Below are positions 1-11,741 of a DNA stretch of 64,000 nucleotides, piece by piece; the first letter of the stretch is position 1, and every line of letters starts with the position of its first letter. The position numbers and the translations under genes are program-made. The notes beneath the pieces were generated by a model. The model worked only from the letters and a program-made list of their open reading frames with translations, did not search any database and was not told the origin of the DNA. The stretch spans positions 193,936,001 to 194,000,000 of the forward strand of contig NC_042998.1 of the NCBI RefSeq assembly GCF_006345805.1, given 5' to 3'. Source of the stretch: Octopus sinensis (Eukaryota).

Positions 1-144
1 TAACCTGTAAGCTTAAATATTTAACATCATCTTCTTATAGAAGATTTTAACATTAATAACTTTACAGATTATTTAGATGATTTCTTATTTAAAGAGTTTG
101 TAATTAAATATCTTCAACATGGATGGAGTACTACATTCCATTAA

Positions 145-361
145 CCCTTTCGTTACCAACCCGGCTGAAACCGGCTCTGGCTCTGAGTACAAATGTCTTG
201 TTTTCATAAGTTTTGAATTAAAATCTTTCACCAAACCTAAGTCACAATTTATGTTCCTAACACTAGATTAATGATGAAGTTATTTTGCTAAATTCTTTGT
301 TATATTTAAAGTAATTGAAAGAAACAAAGAACAGCTCAAAATAAATACAGTAACAAAAGGG
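145..361. mobile_element. piggyBac-like MITE, family 1
   Basis: TTAA on both sides (141-144, 362-365); termini CCCTTTCGTTAC / GTAACAAAAGGG; related copies at 18463, 44230 and 60562. Confidence 0.8.
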
Positions 362-496
362 TTAATGGAAGTTTTTGGTGATAAAATCAAATAAACAGGC
401 TAAAATGTTAAGTATAAACAGCCAGAGTAGCTGATGCAACAACACTCTATAAAAAATTCCTCCAGAACAACAAGGAAATTCTTGAGTTTGACTTAC

Positions 497-560
497 CTTG
501 AACCTGTGGATACCTTCCTAATTTTCATCCGCATACAATTAGTTCAGCATAAGGATACAT
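497..560 (-). CDS. SELENOF: Selenoprotein F coding exon 3 containing the Sec (TGA) codon at 527-525
   Basis: Acceptor tatttcaaAG (562-561), donor GTAAGT (496-491); 64 nt = MYPYAELIVCG-TGA-KLGRYPQVQ+1 nt, matching vertebrate Sep15 LEVCGUKLGRFPQVQ. Absent from the ORF track because of the TGA. Confidence 0.95.
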
Positions 561-969
561 CTTTGAAATATAACAAAAAGGTAACAAAATTTTTAAGTAA
601 AGATAATATCAAAAATATTTGATACAGGTTAAATTTATTTATTTTATATCATTCAATGTGTATACATTTTTGAGAGGATACCCTGTATATATAATAATGA
701 TGATGATGATATTTGATATTAAATACTTGTACACTTTTAAGTTATTAAATGGTATTTAAATGGTATATAAAATGTAAGTAAAAAAATATTTGTTCATATA
801 CTGTATAGTCTCTAAGTTGAAATCCCATCAGACTTAGTTTTGTGTTTCACTCTGCTAGAGATGATAAGTAGCAGTAATATAATGAGGTTGATTCAAATAA
901 CAATAACTACTCCATTCAACAATTCATCTTAACTTAGGGAACAAATTAATATGTGTAGATTTTGCCTGT

Positions 970-1330
970 AGGGTGCCAAGAACACCATCCGAGCATGATC
1001 GTTGCCAGAGCAGCCAACTGGCTTCTGTACTCATGGCACGTAACAGACTACATTCGAGTGTTATCGTTACCAACGTCGCTTCACTGGCACCTGTGCTGGT
1101 GGCACGTGTAAAAAGATTCGAACGAGGTCATTGCCAGTACCACCTGAGTGGACCGCATGCCGGTGGCACGTAAAAAGCACCCACTACATTCTCGGAGTGG
1201 TTGGCATTAGGAAAGGCATCAAGACTGGAGCCTGGTGCAACCATCTGGTTGCCAGCCTCAGTCGAAATCGTCCAACCCATGCTAGCATGGAAAACGGACG
1301 ATGATGATGATGATGATAATGATGATGATT
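970..1330 (+). mobile_element. SINE family A (tail CCATGCTAGCATGGAAA..(GAT)n)
   Basis: Matches copies at 6772, 30235, 43450 and 59452. Confidence 0.85.
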
Positions 1331-3029
1331 TACTCTATCTTATATATTAATTGCATGCAAAAACAAAATATTTAATCATTACATGAAATATTAGGGAACA
1401 GTGTATGACTTTGGGAATTATAGTTTGGCCACATTTGTCATGTTGGATTTTACAACTGATATTATCATCATCACAATTTTATATGTGCTTTTCTATGCTG
1501 GCATGAATTGGAGGTTTTCCTGGGGACACAGTTTTACAGCTGGATGCACTTCTTGTTGCCCACCCTTACAATATGCATGGACACTGTGTACCTATTCTAA
1601 AACCACAGTAAGCTATTACTAAACAGACTAATAAAAACTCAAATATAATAAGTCCTTTATAAAAGAATACATTGGCTTGCATCTATTAGTTCAGAAGACA
1701 ATTCCAGGTGTAATCTAGGACGATCTACATTTCATTGATACAGATACAAACAAAAATGTGAACAGTTAGAATATTTTCTGCAGTGTGTCAGTCAGTACAT
1801 CATTACATTAAACACCAAAATAGTTTCTGAATCTCCAGACTAGAAGTTGTGATATCTTAAGCACCCTGGTATCTATTTTAACTAATAATATAATGAAATT
1901 ATTGTATACAGTGCTCCGAAAGTCCTCTCCCCCATTGGTTCATTGGCGCAAAGTCATATTCTTAAGGTTATAAACCTGGAAAAGGACAGGACAAGTTATT
2001 ACACCTGTAAAAGTATTAGGACCCTTTGATTACAGTTTTATTCAGGTAGACACCTACAGCCAATACACTTTTTTTTTTACACCTATTACACTCGTTTTTT
2101 TTTTGTTGTTGTTGTTGTTTTGGTGACCGGGAGTTAAAATAAACATTAACTGAATTTGTTTTTCAGAACCATGTTTTCTGTTTGTATAAAAATCAAAATA
2201 AGTAAATAAAAAAAAAGTTATTCCCAAACTGCTGGTTTATAAATGTGGCGGTCGCTCTATCTATTTGCTAGGAAAAGCAGACAGATGTTAGGTTAAACCT
2301 GGTAGTTTGTAAAGCCTCCAGAATGGTTCAAGATCAAAATACATATGGCATCGTTGAGTTAGATTTAATGAATATTGAATAGAGAACTATTTAATGGCAG
2401 TGCCCCAGCATGGCCACAGCTCGTGAGATGAAACTAAATGAAACGAAATGAACTGAATAAGAACAAAGAAATAATAGAGAACTGACGCAAGAACTAAGAA
2501 AAGGGAAATAAATTAACAGTTAGAGTCTTTTCTTTGAATATTTAGGAATATTTCTCAAATTGAGAATTTCCAAAAATTGCACCTATCCTGTACCCTCCGG
2601 GTACAGTGATGCGTTTAAGTATTAATTGCAGGTGTTAGCAGTCTTGCCCTCAGTAAACCCTCCTTGAGCAAGCTCCCAACCCCCTGACGAGGACGGTTAG
2701 CGGTAAGTGGTCGTATTTTAATATATACATTGAGCAAAATGTACATTTGTAGGTATTGACTAACGGAGAAGTCATCGCCATTAATGTACAGCGAAATACT
2801 GCGCTTAACAAATTATATTAACTTAATTTAAGGATCATAATTAATCATTTTCGTGGATGTAATTCTTTGAATTAAACTGAAAAATAAGTATTTAAGATTT
2901 TTTTCTGAAAGTTTGCTTGAAAATATTACTATTACTTCCCTTGACACAACACTTCCGCTTAATATGGGTTTCCTCCCTTGGCTTAGAATTTCTAAGAAAT
3001 ATTTATTCCACGTATTAATGTCGTCATAT

Positions 3030-3320
3030 TCATTCTCTCTATATATATCTCTTTCTTTCTTTTTTTCTCTCTCTCTCTTTCTTTCTTTTTCTCTCTCTCA
3101 CTCTCTTTCTTTCTTTCTTTCTTTTTTCTTTTTCTCTCTCTCTCTTTTTCTCTCTATCTCTCACTCTTTCTTTCTCTCTCTATCTCTCACTCTTTCTTTC
3201 TTTCTCTCTCTATCTCTCACTCTTTCTTTCTTTCTCTCTCTATCTCTCACTCTTTCTTTCTCTCTCTATCTCTCACTCTTTCTTTCTTCTCTCTCTCTCC
3301 CTCTCCCTCCCTCTCTCTCC
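3030..3320. repeat. Polypyrimidine (CT/CTTT) tract with a ~26-30-bp minisatellite unit
   Basis: About 5 copies of TATCTCTCACTCTTTCTTTC(TTTC)TCTCTC; explains spurious ORF 2913-3494. Confidence 0.9.
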
Positions 3321-4203
3321 ACGCTTAACACATTCCTTCACACTTACTCTATCCCTCCTGCTAAAAATCATAGAAATATTTTTCGAGTGTTATATGAATG
3401 TACGTCACTCGGAAATTTGGCAGCCGCATTACATGTTGCATATTCATACACCCCACCGCGATTCATTACATATCTTCTTAGTCAAATCACTTAACTCTAC
3501 ATGCCTTACTAATAAACTCAGTTGTCGTTGTTTAGTCCAATTTCGGCTCTGATCAAAAAGCATTCCAGCCGTGACAACCACATTATGTTTTTCACCTCCG
3601 TCGGACAAAATGTATTGCAATATTTGTTCTAGTTCGATACGTTCCGAAATCAACTTCATCCTTACGGAGACCGGGGCAATAAAATAGAGTACCTGTTAAG
3701 TACAGGAGCTGAAGGTATTGATTAACCCCTCATTTCAAAACTGATGGTGCCTAAAATAGAAACACTGAAGACGGCAGGGGGTGATCTAAGGGTTATCTGT
3801 CTGCTTTTCCTAGCAAATAGATAGAGCGACCGCCACATTTATAAACCAGCAGTTTGGGGAATAACTTTTTTTATATTTTTATTTTTTATAATTTTTTTTA
3901 CTTATTTTGATTTTCCTGATTTTCATACAAACAGAAAACATGGTTCTGAAAAAAAATTTAGTTAATGGTTACTTTAACTCCCGGTCATAAAAAAAAAAAA
4001 AAGTGTAATAGGTGTAAAAAAAAATGTGTATAAAAACGAGCGCCAACGGATCGGGAGAGGACTTTCGGAAAATTCGCAAGATCCGATTTTTCCCCTCATA
4101 ACTTTTAGGAAAAGGGATATCTTTTGATGAAATTTTATATAAATACCTTTCAAACGGCATAGATTACGATTATAAAGAACGGGATTCTACAAAACAATAT
4201 GAC

Positions 4204-4234
<31 letters not shown>

Positions 4235-5194
4235 ATATATATAAATTGCGAGGTTGATCCGGTTCTTGACTGAGGATAGAAAGCTTCGAATGACACGTCC
4301 TTGTTTTTTTTGTATCACCTATCTGGATGTTTTGTTGTCCCTTTTTGTATCACCTAGTTGTCCGGATGTTTTACGTTCTTGTCCCATTTTATATTATATA
4401 TATAGCGACGTACGTGCACTTTGTTCTCTTATATATGGCAGAGGTAAAGAATACGAACACCACCCGCTTTCGGCGTAACCCTAACCCTAAACACCCTGTG
4501 TACGTATTCTTTACTTTCGCTAAAAAATGTTAGTGGCAAGATATTTTGTGGGGATGAACGTTGTGTAAATAAACGTGCAAGTAGTCTATTATATTTTATT
4601 TTATCAAAAAAACTTCTCAATGAAGCAGTTCACAGATGTAAAAATTTGTAGTAATTTACAAAATGGTAGCTTGAGAGAATGAAATTTCTATTATGTGAAC
4701 ATATTATTATGTAGGTCCGCAAGTAAAATACCTGTAGTTATAACTTGTTGAAGTTATTTACTATATGCTTATTCTCTGCAAAATTACACATACGACTGGT
4801 GATAAGAAACCAATACATGTATTTAAGGGAAATTTTTTTTTAAATCCATAAAATACTAATAATATACTGATTAAAACTGAGGCGCTTAGTTTAGTTGAAT
4901 TGATGTTTTTTTTACCTCTTTTTTCTTTTTCACTATATATTTAATAATTTTTATATCAAGATAAAAGTATATATATATATAAATTAAAGTAGAGATAAAA
5001 CCACTATTAGGCAAATCAAACAATGAAAAACATAAACCAAACATAAAAATAAAAATAAATATAATATACAAAATATATAAAATATAAAATTTTAAAATTT
5101 AAATAGAGAGAGAGAGAGATTTGCATCATGAAAATGCTGTCACTCTTTAAAAATCTGGCCTTATAATAAATGAAAATAAATTAATACTCTATAA

Positions 5195-5540
5195 CAATGG
5201 TTCTCAACCATTTCTTACCTGTAGGACCCTTTGATTACAGTTTTACTCAGGTAGACCCCTCCAGCCAATTAATGTTTAAAAACTAAGTTTTATAGATGCT
5301 TCTTTCAAAATTCCTATTTTGTTTACCACATGTTCACTTGTGCAGGTTTGCAGTAGCACTCTCCAAGGGACCATGTTGAACTTTGTGGAGCGTTAAAAAA
5401 AGAAACCTAATTGGGTTTTTTTTTGGGGGGGGGGTTGTAATAAATACATGTAAAGCAAAATTTTTTTTCCTTGATCCCTAAAATACAACTGCAAACCCCA
5501 AAAAATATTATATGAACCCTCAGGGCTTATATGGTGCCTG
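5195..5540. mobile_element. Degenerate hAT-like MITE
   Basis: Begins caatGGTTCTCAACC, a hAT-type TIR start; right end decayed; no clear TSD. Confidence 0.45.
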
Positions 5541-6082
5541 GTTAGGGCCACAGCTCTGAGTTCAAATCCTGCTAGGATCAACTTTTCCTTTCATTCTTCT
5601 AGGGTACAAATAAGCATAAATGAAGTACTATGATCGATTCAATCAACTTTTCCTTTGCCTCTTAATTTGCAGCCTCAACATGATAAAGAGCTACAGAATA
5701 ACTGCTTATAGTATCTTCAGAGAAGTAGTTTAGTAATCAGACTAGTAAAAAATGACAGCTGCATCAAAAATTTAGCTAAGGGAGCACTCTCGTAAATAGT
5801 TGCACATCCTTGTAAAAATAACCGCCAATCTCCTCAAATGCCACCTTACTGTGTTAAAAAAATGAAAGGGCATACTGCACGATATAGGAAGGTCATGGAT
5901 GAAATGCCTTGGATAACAGATCTACTCAATGATCAGGAGTTGGTACAGAAAATTTCAACTCTAAACCCTCTATTTGTAATTAAGCTTATATTTCTTATTA
6001 ACTAAGAGCATACAACATACATGGCCAATGTGAATCATCGGGGAATTTTTTAGCAGCATGATATATTTGAGTTGGGGTTTAA

Positions 6083-6301
6083 CCCTTTAGTATTTAAACC
6101 GGCCATATCCGGCCAAAATAGCTAATCTGTTTTATGTTCAAACTGACTAGATCCAGGCTCTCACACCTACCCTACAATGTTATTCTACATTAGGTAATTA
6201 CACCATCAAGATCTTGAAGGTATGAGATAATGCATGATTAATTCAAATCAATGGGAATCAATAGGCATTATGTTTAATAGAATAATCTGAACACTAAAGG
6301 G
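6083..6301. mobile_element. piggyBac-like MITE, family 2
   Basis: TTAA flanks (6079-6082, 6302-6305); termini CCCTTTAGT / ACTAAAGGG; interior differs from family 1. Confidence 0.75.
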
Positions 6302-6771
6302 TTAAATGCTGTATAGCTTGTCACTAAATTTTTCTGTAATATTTATTGAAGAAGTTACAAACAATTAATTACATGGAAAAATGCGAGCATGAAAAGTCAT
6401 ATTCTTAAGATTATAAACATGGAAAAGGAGAGGAAAATTTATTACACCTGTAAAAGTATAGGACAAGCTATTACTTCTAGCAAAGTAAAGAATAAGAAAC
6501 TTTTTACTTAAAATATTGCAGCAAAGAATGTCAGTTCTAATTTATCACTCTTTACAGCTCTCATCTTTGAAATTTATTGTACAAAACTGTTCGGCTAATT
6601 TCTAAGTTTGTCTAATTAGTCACTTTTTTCTGTATTTAAGGTAATAAATTAGCCAAATTCTACTTAAATAAGTATAGTGCTATTTGTAAATTATAATAAA
6701 ATAAGTTTTAATATTCAAATTTTAATTTTAGCTGCAATAAAAATATTGCAGCTAAAATTAAAATTTGCAAG

Positions 6772-7153
6772 TAGGGTGCCAAGAGCACCATCCGAGCATG
6801 ATCATTGCCAGAGCAGCCAACTGGCTTCTGTGCTGGTGGCATGTAAAAGGGCACCATTCGAGCATGATCATTACCTGTGTCGCCTTACTGGCAACTGTGC
6901 CGGTGGCATGTGTAAAAAGATTCGAGCGGGGTCGTTGCCAGTACTACCTGACTGGCCCCGTGCTGGTGGTACGTAAAAGGCACCCACTACACTCTCGGAG
7001 TGGTTGGCATTAGGAAGGACATCCAGCTGTAGAAACTCTGCCAGATCAAGATTGGAGCCTGGTGCAACCATCTGGTTCGCCAGCCCTCGGTCAAAATCGT
7101 CCAACCCATGCCATCATGGAAAGCGGATGTTAAACAACGATGATGATGATGAT
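6772..7153 (+). mobile_element. SINE family A
   Basis: Collinear with 970-1330; (GAT)n tail. Confidence 0.85.
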
Positions 7154-7624
7154 CTTGTTAAAAAATATACATTTGCAACAGAGACAGTATTAATATCAAA
7201 AGGTAATATTCCTCCCCTCTTAAACATGGATGTTCTATTAGAACAAACTATACGGCAATAGTTCCCATGAAAGAAATCTCAAAGGCCTTTTGGTGCAATA
7301 TGAACAAGAATGTGTTTTGCCCCAAAAAACCAATATGAAAGTTTCTCTCATGGTAACTACCGTGGTATAGTTTGTTCTAACAGAACATCCACATTATAGT
7401 GAGGATAAATATTACCTGATAAACATCTTGTTCTTATAAATGGAATGGCTTTTACCAAATCTTCCTTCATAGAATCCCTTGATTATTTTCAATGTAGAAA
7501 ACAGTCAAATTAGTATTTGTGAAACTGGAAATTTTAATGCATTATATTACAATTTATATTTAGTTGGAGCTGGTACATTTTTCCTAACTCTTGCTCCAAT
7601 AAACCCAATAATTGCTTCTAACTC

Positions 7625-8017
7625 TGCCCACAAGGGGCTAAACATAGAGGAGACAAACGGATTAAGTCGATTACATCGACCCCCAGTGCATAACTGGTAC
7701 TTAATTTATCAACCCCGAAAGGATGAAAGGCAAAGTCGACCTTGGCGGAATTTGAACTCAGAACGTAGCGGCAGACAAAATACTTATTTCTTTATTACTC
7801 ACAAGGGGCGAAACATAGAGGGGACAAACAAGGACAGACATAGGTGTTAAGTCGATTACATCGACCCCAGTGCGTAACTGGTACTTAATTTATCGACCTC
7901 GAAAGGATGAAAGGCAAAGTTGACCTCGGAGGAATTTGAACTCAGAGCGTAACAACAGACAAAATACCACTAAGCATTTCACCTGGCGTGCTAACGTTTC
8001 TGCCAGCTCACCGCCTT
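7625..8017 (-). mobile_element. tRNA-derived SINE family C, internally duplicated
   Basis: Core CCTTTCATCCTTTCG(G/A)GGTCGATAAATTAAGTACCAG present twice; resembles the Nin-type central SINE domain as I recall it. Confidence 0.8.
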
Positions 8018-8419
8018 AAAACTTTATAACTCTGAATCAGGACTGACTAGGCTAAATAATAAGAAACTTAGTATAAGGTCTATTAATTATATAAGCTAGA
8101 AAAATATTGTCTTCATTTATCAGAAAAGTATGGGGAACAATTACATACATTTTGTCTTTATTCTGATGTCATCAGCAAAGCAAACCCTTTACTTGCCAAA
8201 GTAGCAAAAGAATCAATATGTAATTGCATAAGATCATACATTTATTAGAAAATATAAAAAAAAGAAATATTTAGAAATTACACTCAACACATTATATCTT
8301 GCTAGTATTTTGATGGTCCTTGCATTAAATATATTAAAATTTACTATTAAGAGTTGGGTTTTTTTCAGTTTTTGCCAGGGATACTATGGAAAACTGATGA
8401 GTTTATACATCCAACACCC

Positions 8420-10510
8420 TCTTGAGGCACTTTTCCTCAAACAGAATAACACCCTTTTGGATGGCTGGACACCAGGCACCGTGGTCAGAGGCAAGTGATT
8501 CCCAGCCACAGGCATCAAGGGAAGTTTTCAGGCTGTCCTTGTATCACCTCAGTAGCCTTCCAGGGTTTCTTGTGCCAGAAGCCAGCTCAGAGAAGAAGAT
8601 CGTCTTTGGTAGACACACGTTGTTCATTCAGACTACATGTCCGACCCACTGGAGCTGAGCCTTCATGATGAGGGCTTTGATCCCAGGCATTTCGGCTCTG
8701 CGAAGCACGTCAGTGTTGGAGACTCTGTCCTCCCAGGAAATTGCCAAGATTTGTTGCAAACAGCAGAAGTGGAACTGGTCAAGTACTCGCATTTGCCTCC
8801 TATATAACGTCCACGTCCCACAGCCGTAGAGCAGAGAGGTGATGATGACTGCCCTATAGACTGCCAGCTTGGTGGAAAGTCTGATGCCTCGTTCGGCCCA
8901 CACACATGTCCAAAGTCTGCCAAATGAAGCTCCTGCTTTTGCAAGCCTCATGGGGACATCTTTGTCCATGCTGCAGTTTGAGGACAGGCAGCTTCCCAGG
9001 TATGTAAAGCTCTCTACATTGTTCAGAGTTTTGCCCTCAATCTCAATCTGAGGCTCAGGAGGTGTCAGGCCAGGTGCAGGCTGAAGCATCACTTCAGTTT
9101 TCCGCAGGCTAATAGTCAGTCCGTAGGCCTTTGCTGTTTCTGCGAGACAAGTGGCAAGTTCTTGCAGGTCTGGTGCATTCAATGCTGTAAGCGCACAATC
9201 ATCTACAAACAGGAAGTCTCTCACTAGGGTGTCCAGAACTTTGGTTTTTTGCCTTCAGACATCTGAGGTCAAAGAATCGGCTGTCACATCTGTAGCGAAT
9301 AGTGACACCAGCATCAGACTTTGACAGGGCACAGAAGAGCATGGTGGCAAACATGAGGCTGAAGAGTATGGGAGCCATTATGCAGCATTGCTTCATGCTA
9401 TTGGAGACCGGGAATGGATCAGAGACATCTCCGTTTTCCACGATGCGAGCCATCATGCCATCATGCAATGACTGGATGATCCTGACGAGCTTTGGTGGGC
9501 AGCCCAGATTGGACAAAATATCCCACAGGACCTCTCGGCTGACAGTGCTAAAAGCCTTCGTCGGGTTCACGAAGAGGATGCAGAGGTTCTGGTTTCATTT
9601 ACAGCACTTCTCTTGTATCTGCCATACTGCAAAGACCATGTCTATTGTCCCCCTGTTGCTCCTAAATCCACACTGCCTCTCTGAGACCACGTCGTCCTGC
9701 AGGTGGTGTGTGATGCGGTTCAGAAAAACACAGGCCATGATCTTTCCTGCGATGCTCAGCAATGAGATGCCTCTTTGGTTGTCACATGAAGCTCTGTCCT
9801 CCTTGTTCTTGTACAGATGCACTATGTTGGCATCCTTGAAGTCCTGTGGCACTGACCCTTCGTCCCAGAACTGCTGTATCAACTCAGTCAACTCGTATTC
9901 TTTCGTATTTCTTTCATGTTTCGACTGCGTGGTAGATGACCAGTCAGCTGCGGTATGCTGACAGGATGAGATGAAGCAAGCTTTCTTTAGATCACCTTTT
10001 CTAGACCCTTCCTCCTAAGCGGCGGAGCAGTGCTATCCCTGAAGAGGGCTGCTCTGTCGTCAGAGTGGCTGCCAAACTATGCCCTTGCTCTGGTAGGCTG
10101 CAGAACAACCATCCTGCCCTGACTGCTCAAGTGCAGGTCCATGGGCCATCCTGCACTTGCCACCGTCACCACTTGCCCATCGCCTCAGGACTTGGAAAAA
10201 GAAGAAGTAGAGTGGGTAAAGTCACTGAATCCTGGGCATGAGAACTGTGAAGGCCTTGGGTTGCCCAAGCCCAGGAACCCACTCTCGGTCCAGCCGATCT
10301 AGCCAGGAGGGACACAGGACAACACATTCTAGCCACGAATGGACTGCAAGCACTGCCAGAGAGATGATGGACTTCTCCAGATTTGGATACGGTTTACTCC
10401 CCAGCCTTTGACTAACCAAAAAAACCTACCCACAAGGCAGTGGGAGACTCTTGGAGGGTGGGGACGTCTCACTACCCGTACAGGGCCAGAATGACCTGCC
10501 CACTGCTCAT
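8420..10510 (-). mobile_element. RTE-clade LINE: 5' region plus frameshifted RT, endonuclease deleted
   Basis: ORF pieces 9891-9595 (FWDEGSVPQDFKDANIVHLYKNK..CDNQRGISLLS), 9570-9199 and 9224-8628 (RDFLFVDDCAL, FTYLGS, LLYGCGTW); the N-terminal stub joins directly to the pre-RT region near 9900. Confidence 0.9.
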
Positions 10511-10926
10511 ATGATATTTACAATTTAAAAAAAAGAACACAGTATATACAATAGTCACACAGTCCAAAATGCAACATACACAATACACACACACACAAAC
10601 ACACACATAGTTGAATGGCCATTGACTACGTTGTAGTTCCTCCGCCCTTTGACAGGTCTTATTTTTTGTCCCGCAGGGTTTTCAACAAGCACCCACCTCA
10701 CCAAGCAAGCCTGGTGGGGTTGCCAGTTTAGTCGCCGATGACCCGACCATGGAACAGGTTGTACTGGGCTACATGGTACCAGTAGCACTCGAGAGCGACC
10801 TGACATACAAGTGCAGGGCCTAAAGGAAGTAACAATTTTTCTCAATGCACCAATGATCCTGGCAGCTTGCTGCCTAATGCAACAGATTAATGATAAAGAA
10901 ATTGTTTGTTTATCAAACCACCTCAC

Positions 10927-11100
10927 CTTTAATGCTTTCTCTCCCTCTTGGTCCATTTGACAACATTTCGAACAGCTGTCTTTGAGAGGTGTTAGCTGAA
11001 ATTTGTCTAATTCATTACACGAACTACATAACAAACTATTGTACATGCCCAGATGTTCACACTGTAACGGTGTCAGCTCTTGGCTGTCTGCCAAGCATAT
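10927..11100 (-). CDS. SELENOF: Selenoprotein F coding exon 2, Cys-rich domain
   Basis: Acceptor ttttattatttctattccAG (11102-11101), donor GTGAGG (10926-10921); 174 nt = ICLADSQELTPLQCEHLGMYNSLLCSSCNELDKFQLTPLKDSCSKCCQMDQEGEKALK, matching the Sep15 pattern C..LG...LLCSSC..L.KF.L..L...C..CCQ with the six conserved Cys. Confidence 0.95.
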
Positions 11101-11431
11101 CTGGAATAGAAATAATAAAAAGACTTAAGTGATATTAAATTTTTGAAGGTGTTCAAATGTGTGTGTGTGTGTGTCTATATACATATACATACATATATAA
11201 GTTCAGCAAAAATTTAGATTCAGATGAATATGGTACTTAAGTTAAAGGCACCAGAATTTGGTATGGTATTATCCATATAAATCAAATTGGGTGATTATTG
11301 TCAATTTAATTTTTAAAATTCCATATGTGGCTGAAGAGTCCTCTACATTTTAAAACTTACATTGTTTAATTAAATGAAGTAGCATGAAACGATTGTACTA
11401 CACTACCTTTGGATATCCTTGTTGCTTATTT

Positions 11432-11473
<42 letters not shown>

Positions 11474-11630
11474 GCATACAATTGCAGTGTGGAAGATGTT
11501 TATAAATCATTTAAGAACACACAAAAACCATTAAATTCACTTCAACATTTAAATTAATTTGTCAAAATACTTTCGTCGCTTTGAGACCGCACCTGTTCAC
11601 TGACAAAACTCCGTATATATATATAAACTC

Positions 11631-11680
<50 letters not shown>

Positions 11681-11741
11681 CCGTATAAATATGTATATAT
11701 ATACATATATATACATACATACAAATATATACATACATATA

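Noticed and set aside
1-14. Minus-strand acceptor-like cttacAG|GTTA at the window edge as SELENOF exon 4
   Set aside because: Splicing would give G|GT TA.. (Gly, then Leu/Tyr/stop), not the expected Ala-Phe-Val; only 4 nt are visible.
525-527. TGA read as a premature stop (SELENOF pseudogene)
   Set aside because: It sits exactly at the family's Sec position, with conserved coding sequence and an intact splice donor after it.
1690-1810. AUGA...AA...GA SECIS-like words on the minus strand
   Set aside because: They lie in intron 2, upstream of the Sec codon, and I see no convincing kink-turn helix; the real SECIS should be outside the window.
2675-2720. CTGACGA-GGAC...GTC as a hammerhead
   Set aside because: GTAT replaces GAAA, and there is no stem I or III.
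2913-3494. 193-aa Ser/Leu/Phe-rich ORF
   Set aside because: Translation of the CT microsatellite.
4262-4305. CTGAGGA...CGAAT-GACACGTC as a hammerhead
   Set aside because: The GAAA box is broken and stem I does not pair; at best a dead PLE relic.
10555-10926. C-terminal 120 aa of ORF 10555-11094
   Set aside because: Intron read-through past the GTGAGG donor; Sep15 similarity stops at ..EKALK.
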